Part shown: positions 9,167 to 16,289 of the stretch, piece after piece | Position numbering within the stretch: position 1 is the stretch's first letter | How the letters are laid out: every line of letters begins with the position of its first letter | NCBI GenBank assembly: GCA_965221125.1 | Contig: CBDCRW010000004.1 | Location: 160,001 to 224,000 of the forward strand | Direction: 5' to 3' | Source of the DNA: Alphaproteobacteria bacterium | GTDB lineage: Bacteria > Pseudomonadota > Alphaproteobacteria > UBA828 | DNA: 64,000 nt | Translations under genes and position numbers: made by a program | The notes under the pieces: generated by a model | What the model was told of the DNA's origin: nothing | The model's input: only the letters and a program-made list of their open reading frames with translations | The model's database searches: none

Positions 9167-10336
9167 TCAGAACTCCGCCACGTCGACCCAGCGGCGGGTC
9201 CGCGACGATTCCACGCAGGCGTCGACGATCTGCATGATCTTCCAGCCGTCGCGGAAGGTGGGCCAGGCGGGCGTGCCGCTCGCCACCGCCTCCATCAGCT
9301 CGCGGATCTCGATCGCCTTGTACTCGTTGTAGCCGAGGCCGAAGTTCGCCACCGGGTAGAAGGCGCCGTAGCGCCCGTGCTCCGGGCTGGCGTCGATCGA
9401 CTTGAAGCCCTGGTCGCCGGGCGGATCGCCGACGCGGTAGACCTGGATGCGGTTCACGTGGTCGTAGTTGAAGCGGAGCGCGCCCTTGGTCCCGTAAAGC
9501 TCGTAGTTCTGGGCGTGCTTCTGCCCGGTGGCGACCCGGCTCACGTCGATGGTTCCCATGCCGCCGCCCGCGAAGCGGCAGAGCAGGGTCACGATGTCGT
9601 CGGTGGTCACCTCCTTGCGGGGCGCGTCGTCGGAAACCTTCTGCTGCGCGCCGTAGTTGAAGCCCTCCAGCACCGGCCGCGACCTGGTGACGATCTCCAT
9701 GTCCGCCACCAGGCTCTCGACGTCGCCGATGAGGTACTGGGCAAGGCTGAAGATGTGGGAGGCGATGTCGCCCACCGCGCCGGTCCCCGCCTCCTCCTTA
9801 TCGCAGCGCCACATGAAGGGGATGTCCGGGTCGGCCAGGAAGTCGACGTGCATGGAGGCGCGGAAGTGGACGATGCGGCCGATCTCGCCCCGCTGGATGA
9901 AGTCGCGCGCGATGCCGTGCGCCGGGTTGCGGGGGAAGTTGTGGCCGATCATGGTGACGACGCCTTGCGCGTCCGCCGCATCGGCGAGGGTCTTCGATTC
10001 AGCCGCCATCATCGTGAGCGGCTTCTCGCAGTAGACGTGCTTTCCCGCCTCGATCGCGGCGAGCGCCACCTCGAAGTGCATGTTGTTGGGGAGGCAGATG
10101 TCGACCAGGTCCACGGCGGGGTCCGCGATCGCGGCCCGCCAGTCGGTGCCGCTGCCGTGGGCCTCGTAGCGGGTTGCGAGGCCGCGCGCGACGTCGGCGT
10201 CGACGTCGGTCACGCTGTGCAGGACCGGCACCGCCGGCTCGCTGCCGAATATCACCTTCTGGATGCGGTAGCCCATGGTGTGTGCCTGGCCCATCCAGCC
10301 GGCGGCCCCGACGATGGCAACGCGAATCTCCCTCAT
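9167..10336 (-). CDS. Gfo/Idh/MocA family oxidoreductase (inositol/sugar dehydrogenase-like)
   Basis: GAAGWMGQAH, YCEKPL, GAVGDIASH, PTFRDG; GAGGAG RBS before ATG 10336. Confidence 0.93.
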   Translation of the reverse strand: MREIRVAIVGAAGWMGQAHTMGYRIQKVIFGSEPAVPVLHSVTDVDADVARGLATRYEAHGSGTDWRAAIADPAVDLVDICLPNNMHFEVALAAIEAGKHVYCEKPLTMMAAESKTLADAADAQGVVTMIGHNFPRNPAHGIARDFIQRGEIGRIVHFRASMHVDFLADPDIPFMWRCDKEEAGTGAVGDIASHIFSLAQYLIGDVESLVADMEIVTRSRPVLEGFNYGAQQKVSDDAPRKEVTTDDIVTLLCRFAGGGMGTIDVSRVATGQKHAQNYELYGTKGALRFNYDHVNRIQVYRVGDPPGDQGFKSIDASPEHGRYGAFYPVANFGLGYNEYKAIEIRELMEAVASGTPAWPTFRDGWKIMQIVDACVESSRTRRWVDVAEF

Positions 10337-10353
10337 GGCGGACTGCTCCTCGT

Positions 10354-11448
10354 TCAACGAATGGCGTTCCCCGTCTCGGGGTCGAATAGGTGGGCTTGTT
10401 CGGCGTCGATGGCGAGGCTCACGCGCTCGCCCGTCCTGAATTTTTGGCGCGTATCCACGCGGGCCGCGATCTGGTTGCCCTCGAGGTCGAGGCCGATCAG
10501 CGCCTCGCCCCCCATGGGCTCGACGAAGACGATATCGACGGCGGGGTCCGTGCGCGACGCATCGTCGCCGTCGCGGCGCAGCTCGCAGTGCTCCGGCCGG
10601 ATGCCGAGGAGGACGCCGCTCGCCGCAGAACCGAGCGCGGCCTGAGGGACGGCATGCAGCGGAAGCGACTGGGCGCCCACGGCGAAGCCGGGTACGCCGT
10701 CCCGCACCTCGATGCGGCCGGGAACGAAGTTCATGGCGGGGCTGCCGATGAAGCCCGCGACGAAGCGGTTCTTCGGCGCGCCGTAGAGATCGTCCGCCGT
10801 CCCGATCTGCTCCAGAATGCCGTCTCTCAGCACCGCGATGCGCGTCCCCATGGTCAGCGCCTCCACCTGGTCGTGGGTCACGTAGACGATGGTGGTGGCG
10901 AGCTGCTCGTGCAGCTTGATGAGCTCCGCCCGCATGGTCACGCGAAGCTGGGCGTCGAGGTTGGACAGCGGCTCGTCCATGAGGAACACGGCCGGCTCGC
11001 GCACGATCGCGCGCCCGAGTGCCACGCGCTGGCGCTGCCCGCCGGAGAGGTGGCGCGGCGGCCGCTGCAGCAGGTCCGTGATCTCCAGCAGCTCGGCCAC
11101 GCCCTGCACGCGCCGGTGGATGTCGGCCCTGGGCACGCGGCGGTTGCGAAGGCCGAAGGCGAGGTTCTCGTAGACGGACTTGTGCGGGTAGAGCGCGTAG
11201 GACTGGAACACCATGGCGATGTCGCGGTCGCGGGGCGGCAGGTCGTTCACCACGCGGTCGCCGATCATGATCTGGCCTTCGGTGGCCTCCTCGAGGCCGG
11301 CCAGCATCCTGAGCGTGGTGGACTTGCCGCAGCCGGAGGGGCCGACGAGCACCAAAAACTCCTTGTCGGCGATCTCAAGATCGAGCCGGTCCACCGCGGT
11401 CACGTCGCCGAAGCGCTTGGTCACCGATTGGAAGGTCACACTTGCCAT
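10354..11448 (-). CDS. Carbohydrate ABC transporter ATP-binding protein (MalK/UgpC family)
   Basis: [41 protein letters not shown]-terminal TOBE-like region. Confidence 0.96.
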   Translation of the reverse strand: MASVTFQSVTKRFGDVTAVDRLDLEIADKEFLVLVGPSGCGKSTTLRMLAGLEEATEGQIMIGDRVVNDLPPRDRDIAMVFQSYALYPHKSVYENLAFGLRNRRVPRADIHRRVQGVAELLEITDLLQRPPRHLSGGQRQRVALGRAIVREPAVFLMDEPLSNLDAQLRVTMRAELIKLHEQLATTIVYVTHDQVEALTMGTRIAVLRDGILEQIGTADDLYGAPKNRFVAGFIGSPAMNFVPGRIEVRDGVPGFAVGAQSLPLHAVPQAALGSAASGVLLGIRPEHCELRRDGDDASRTDPAVDIVFVEPMGGEALIGLDLEGNQIAARVDTRQKFRTGERVSLAIDAEQAHLFDPETGNAIR

Positions 11449-11469
11449 GAACGAGACCTCGTGCCCGGT

Positions 11470-12315
11470 TCAGCCCTTGACGCTGCCCGCTGACAGCCCC
11501 CGCACGATCCAGCGCTGGGCGGCGAGCCCGACGAGGATCATCGGGACCACCGCGATCATCGCGAGCGTGGCCATGATCCACCAGTAGGAGCCGAGTTCAG
11601 TCGCCTGGCCGGCGATCATGACGGGCAGCGTCTGCGAGCGCCGGAAGGTCAGCACCAGGGCGAACAGGAACTCGTTCCAGGCGAAGATGAGGCAGATGAT
11701 GAAGCTCGCGACGATGCCGGGCGCAGCCAGCGGCAGCGCGACCTTCCAGAACACGGAGAGGCGGCTGCAGCCGTCGACGAGCGCGCTCTCCTCGATCTCG
11801 ACGGGGACGGCGCGGAAGGCGTCGCGCATGATCCACACCGCGAGCGGCAGGTTGAAGAGCGTGTAGGCGAGCGCGAGCGACCAGGGATTATCGAGAAGCC
11901 CGAGGAAGCGGTACATCATCAGGAAGGGGAAGACGATCACCACCGGCGGCAGCATGCGCTGCGAGATGAAGAAGAACGCGATGTCGTCGTTCTTGAGCGG
12001 CCCGAAGCGGAAGCGGGTCAGCGCGTAGCCGGCGAGCGCGCCCAGGATGGTCGCCGCGACCGCGCTTGCCGTCGCCGATATCACCGAGTTCTCGAACGCG
12101 TTCACGAGCTGCGAGCGGTACTGCGTCAGCACGGTGCGAAAGGCGTCGAGCGTGGGCTCGAACTCGAGCCAGGGGATGTACTTCGGCGTGGGGAAGATCG
12201 CGCCCTGCGTCTTGAACGCGGTCGAGAACATCCAGAGCAGCGGCAGCACCACGACCGCAGTCCAGACGATGAGAACCGCCCGGGTGAGGATTCGCGTGCG
12301 CCGCCTGCGCGCCAT
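11470..12315 (-). CDS. Carbohydrate ABC transporter permease (MalG-like)
   Basis: EAA loop IEESALVDGCS; AWNEFLFAL. Confidence 0.95.
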   Translation of the reverse strand: MARRRRTRILTRAVLIVWTAVVVLPLLWMFSTAFKTQGAIFPTPKYIPWLEFEPTLDAFRTVLTQYRSQLVNAFENSVISATASAVAATILGALAGYALTRFRFGPLKNDDIAFFFISQRMLPPVVIVFPFLMMYRFLGLLDNPWSLALAYTLFNLPLAVWIMRDAFRAVPVEIEESALVDGCSRLSVFWKVALPLAAPGIVASFIICLIFAWNEFLFALVLTFRRSQTLPVMIAGQATELGSYWWIMATLAMIAVVPMILVGLAAQRWIVRGLSAGSVKG

Positions 12316-12321
12316 GCCGGA

Positions 12322-13236
12322 CTACGCCGTCGACCGCGCGATCGCGCGCCGCAGGATGAGGAGGAAGATCGTGGTCGCGACGAGGGCGAAGCCCAGCAGG
12401 GAGAACGCCACCGCCGAGGCGTAGCCCAGATCGAAGTGCACGACGCCGATGCGATACGCGAAGAGCGTCAGCGATTCGGTCGCGATCCCCGGGCCGCCGT
12501 TGGTCAGCACGACGATTACGTCCACGATCTTGAGCATCTCGACGGAGCGGATCAGCACCGCCGTCACGCTCCACGGCAGCAGCAGCGGGAAGGTGACGCG
12601 CCAGAACGCCTGCCAGTCGGAGCGCGTGTCGATGCGGCCCGCCTCGACCACCTCCTCCGGCACGCTCTGAAGGCCGGCGAGCAGGATGAGGGTCATGAAG
12701 GGCGTCCACTGCCAGACGTCCACCATGATGACCGTGAGCAGGGCGAGGAAGCTGTCGGTGAGCCAGGGCACCGGCTCCAGGCCTGCGGCCACGATGGCCT
12801 GGTTGATGGGGCCGAGCGCCTCGTTGAACATCACCCGGCCGACGATGAAGGAGATCGCGACCGGGCTCAGCATCATCGGGAGCAGGAACAGCAGGCGGAA
12901 GAACGCCTTGGCCTTGAGCTCCTCGTTCAGCACCACAGCGAGGAGCAGCCCGAGGCCGTACTGGATGGGCACGCCGATGACGACGTAGAGGACGGTGTTG
13001 AGCGCGACCCGATGAAAGTGGTCGTCGTGGCCGAGCCGGCTCCAGTGATCGAGGCCGGCCCAGGTGACGCCGGCGGCGGGATTGGCGACGTTCCAGTGCA
13101 CGAACGCCAGCCCGAGCGACATGACGAGGGGGAAGATTGCCATGACGATCACGAGCGTGAGCGGGGCCATCAGGAAGATGGCCGCCGCTCGCCGCTCGAG
13201 GAACCGGCTCGCGCCGTACAGAACTGCCGCCGTCAC
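12322..13236 (-). CDS. Carbohydrate ABC transporter permease (MalF-like)
   Basis: DVWQWTPF, LAGLQSVPEEVVEAGRID, TNGGPG, DLGYASA. Confidence 0.95.
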   Translation of the reverse strand: MTAAVLYGASRFLERRAAAIFLMAPLTLVIVMAIFPLVMSLGLAFVHWNVANPAAGVTWAGLDHWSRLGHDDHFHRVALNTVLYVVIGVPIQYGLGLLLAVVLNEELKAKAFFRLLFLLPMMLSPVAISFIVGRVMFNEALGPINQAIVAAGLEPVPWLTDSFLALLTVIMVDVWQWTPFMTLILLAGLQSVPEEVVEAGRIDTRSDWQAFWRVTFPLLLPWSVTAVLIRSVEMLKIVDVIVVLTNGGPGIATESLTLFAYRIGVVHFDLGYASAVAFSLLGFALVATTIFLLILRRAIARSTA

Positions 13237-13278
13237 ATTTCCGCCCCCTCGCGGAGGTGTGGACGCCGGAAGGCCGGA

Positions 13279-14793
13279 TCAGCCGGCAGTGGACGCGAGG
13301 TAAAGCTCCCGCTGACGGTCACGGCCGAGGCGGTCGGTCGTGCGCTCCCACTCGTCGCTCGCGCTCTTCATGGCCGCCTCGGCCGAGATCTCGCCCGCCA
13401 TGAAGCGCGACGTCGCAGTGTCGAGCTTGTTGTAGTACTCGCCGCCGCCGGGGATGCGGAGATCAAGCACCGCGTTGGGATGCCCGATCGATTCGCCGAT
13501 GGCGCCGAGGTACTCCTCCGCATCGCGCGGGTCCATGCCGGCGTCGATCAGCGGCTGGGTGCCCGTGATGTTGCTGTTCCGCGACGGCTGGATGCCGGAA
13601 TCGGGGAACGCGACGAGGGTCGTGCTCGACTCCGGGTTGCAGAAGAACGCGACGAGATCCCACGCCGCCTCCTTGTTCTCGGCGGTCTTGGGCACGCCGA
13701 AGAGCCACGCGGTCACCGCCAGGTAGGGCGCGTGGTTGGCGCCGCCCGGCGAATCCATCCACGACTGCGACTCGCGGTCGAAGAACTGCGCGGGGCCCGG
13801 AACGAGCGCCGTGCCGCACATGCCCCGGATCGTCGAGTCCTTGCCGTAGGAGAGGGTGCCGATGTCGCCCCAGTCGGTCACCATCGCGGCCTGGCCGCCG
13901 GTGAACGCAGGGCGTGCTTCCGAGAAGCCGAAATTGATCAGCCCCGGAGGGCCGTTCTCGGAATTGCGCCGGCGGTCCTCCAGCGCCTGGATCCATCCCG
14001 CCTCGGTGAGCCTCGGCTCCATGGAGTCCGGATGGAAGAAGGCGTGCGGGTCGCCCTGCCTCTTGGAATAGCTGAGGCCCCGGCCGATGAGGAAGAACAC
14101 GCCGCCGGAGCCGCGCCCCATGGGCTCGACGAAGCCGAAGCTGTTGCCCGTGCCGGCCCAGTCGAAGGAGTTGAAGAACTCGGTGACCCGGTGGAATGCA
14201 TCCCACGTGCGGGGCACGGCCAGCGGCTCGCCGTACTTGTCCTCGTAGGCCTTCTGGTTGTCCGCGTTCTCGAACAGATCGCGGCGGTAGAAGAGGTTGT
14301 GGACGTTGCCGTCGTAGACGACGCCGCTCATCGTCCCGTCCCAGCTCATCGTGTCGCGATAGGTGGGGTAGTAGTCGTCGATGCCGATGAGGGGCAGAAT
14401 CTCGTCCGGCACCGTCTCGAGGAAGCCGCCGCCGATGAAATCGCCGGACCAGCCGCTCTGGAAGTTGACGAGATCGGAGGTGTAGGCGCCGGAGACCAGC
14501 TCGGTGCGGAGCTTCTCGAAGAACTCGCCGTGCGGATACGTCACCAGGTCGATGGTGGCGCCGGTCGCCTCTTCCCAGATGTGCCCGAAGTGCTGGATCG
14601 GCCCGCTGATGGGAGGGCCGGCCTCCGACGTGACGATGACGGTCTGGCCTTCGAACTTCTTGTCGGAGACGATCGGCAACGTGACGTCGCCGGACTGGGC
14701 CAGGGCCTTGCGGCCGGGAAGCGCCGCCAGCGCGGCGGCCGAAGCGGATGCCAACAGGAATTGACGGCGTCCAAGGGTCAGTTTTCGCAGCAT
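13279..14793 (-). CDS. Carbohydrate ABC transporter extracellular solute-binding protein with Tat signal
   Basis: GRRQFLL twin-arginine signal after a GAGG RBS; LFYRRDLF and VPRTWD family-1 SBP motifs. Confidence 0.9.
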   Translation of the reverse strand: MLRKLTLGRRQFLLASASAAALAALPGRKALAQSGDVTLPIVSDKKFEGQTVIVTSEAGPPISGPIQHFGHIWEEATGATIDLVTYPHGEFFEKLRTELVSGAYTSDLVNFQSGWSGDFIGGGFLETVPDEILPLIGIDDYYPTYRDTMSWDGTMSGVVYDGNVHNLFYRRDLFENADNQKAYEDKYGEPLAVPRTWDAFHRVTEFFNSFDWAGTGNSFGFVEPMGRGSGGVFFLIGRGLSYSKRQGDPHAFFHPDSMEPRLTEAGWIQALEDRRRNSENGPPGLINFGFSEARPAFTGGQAAMVTDWGDIGTLSYGKDSTIRGMCGTALVPGPAQFFDRESQSWMDSPGGANHAPYLAVTAWLFGVPKTAENKEAAWDLVAFFCNPESSTTLVAFPDSGIQPSRNSNITGTQPLIDAGMDPRDAEEYLGAIGESIGHPNAVLDLRIPGGGEYYNKLDTATSRFMAGEISAEAAMKSASDEWERTTDRLGRDRQRELYLASTAG

Positions 14794-14865
14794 TATTTGT
14801 TCCTCTCTGCGGTATCGGACGAGGGTTCGGAGCCGATCGTACCCACCGTCCTTGGTGCGCATTCG

Positions 14866-14896
14866 ATTGTAGCGACGGGCGAACGACTCCTGTCAA
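14866..14896 (-). promoter_or_regulatory. Candidate sigma70-type promoter of the carbohydrate ABC operon
   Basis: TTGACA (14896-14891) and TACAAT (14871-14866) on the minus strand, but with a 19-bp spacer. Confidence 0.35.
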
Positions 14897-14956
14897 GGTT
14901 GGGCGCTTATGTGCCTGACCCAACAGTGCTCCTAAATGCGGGAAACCGCCGGAGCA

Positions 14957-15330
14957 CGATGCTGCAGTCCCTGTCCGATCGACCGGACGACAGGGCGCTT
15001 CGAACCACCATCTGCGAGGGCGTCGACGCGGTATTCCTGTCACCGCACACTGCCATCGAGAGCGACGACGACGAATTGTGGTCGATGGCGAAGAAGCTGG
15101 TCGGCGATCGCAGCGACTTGATGTCGAACATTCGCCGCACGTACCGGCAATCGGGACAGCCTCTCGACGAGGCGGCGCGCGCTCGCATCGTGGAGATCAC
15201 CAATACGGTCGAAAGATCTTCTTTCTTCTGTCCAAGTTGGTCCGGGAGTTGGACGCCTCTCCGATCCCGTCCACGTACGACCTGGTGAGCCGGCACATGC
15301 GGCCCGACCGGGCCGGTAGTGGACCATAAG
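14957..15330 (+). pseudogene. Frameshifted C-terminal remnant, possibly the PhoU-like tail of a Na/Pi cotransporter
   Basis: Frame ...CEGVDAVF...GDRSDLMSNIRRTY...IVEITNTVE continues as KIFFLLSKLVRELD in another frame after a 1-nt loss in GAAAGATC near 15211-15215. No N-terminus is present. Confidence 0.5.
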
Positions 15331-15499
15331 GCGGATGTTCCAGACTTGTGCGGCGGTCGACCGACATTGCGGGCATCCGGCACTGAACGATCCGAAGCGA
15401 GCGGCAATCGTCCGGATGCAGAAACTGCAGTAGCCTTGTGATCCATACCCCGGCACATTCGGTGCTTACGTGCCCGGCTCGATGGGAGTGGAAAGGCTG

Positions 15500-16240
15500 A
15501 TGAGACTTCTTGCGGTTGCCTTGGTTCTGGCGCTCCTCGCGGCGGCGCCCACGCTCGCGGCCGAGAGGCTGCGCATCGCCACGACCGGCGGCTATCCGCC
15601 GTTCACCTACGTCGACGATGCCGGCGAGATCATGGGCTTCGATGTCGACATCGCGCTTGCGCTCTGCGCGGAACTCGGCGTCGAGTGCGAGGTGGTGCTG
15701 GAGGAATGGGAGCGGTTGATCCCGGAGCTGCGCGCCGGCAGCTTCGATGCCATCGCCGCCAGCATGTCGATCACCGAGGAGCGGCGCCAACTGGTGAGCT
15801 TCACGGAGCGCTACTACAGCAACGTGGTCCGCTTCGTGGCACGCGAGGGCTCCGGCTTCGACCCGGCAGACGCGGCGGGCAAGACCATCGGCGCGGCGCG
15901 TGCCACCATCGCCTCCGACTGGCTCGAAGCGAACCTGGCCGGAACGGCGACGATCGAGCTCTATAGCGGCCAGCAGGAACTCTTCGGAGACCTCGTTGCC
16001 GGTCGCCTGGATGCCATGTTCGGCGACGGCCTGGGCTCATACGCCTGGCTGCAGGGTCCCGAAGGCGCCGGTTTCGCGTTCGTCGGCGAGGGATACCGGC
16101 TCGACGAAGGGATCGGCATCGCGGTGCGCCACGAGGACGCGCCCCTTCTGCAGCGCCTGAACGGCGCACTCGAGGCCATCCTGGCGAACGGCACCTATGA
16201 GCGGATCAACGCGCGCTACTTCCCGTTCATCATCCATTAG
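15500..16240 (+). CDS. Polar amino acid ABC transporter substrate-binding protein (HisJ/ArgT family), orphan
   Basis: YPPF, GFDVDIA, SMSITEER, GIAVR, NGTYERINARYF; signal peptide. Confidence 0.92.
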   Translation: MRLLAVALVLALLAAAPTLAAERLRIATTGGYPPFTYVDDAGEIMGFDVDIALALCAELGVECEVVLEEWERLIPELRAGSFDAIAASMSITEERRQLVSFTERYYSNVVRFVAREGSGFDPADAAGKTIGAARATIASDWLEANLAGTATIELYSGQQELFGDLVAGRLDAMFGDGLGSYAWLQGPEGAGFAFVGEGYRLDEGIGIAVRHEDAPLLQRLNGALEAILANGTYERINARYFPFIIH

Positions 16241-16289
16241 GCTGTGGACCTATCGGCGCGCAACCGCGCCCGTCACCCTCGATACGGCC

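Noticed and set aside
12436-14950. 950-aa plus-strand ORF (12436-15288)
   Set aside because: Antisense to real ABC genes; only its last roughly 110 codons look like a genuine remnant, reported separately.
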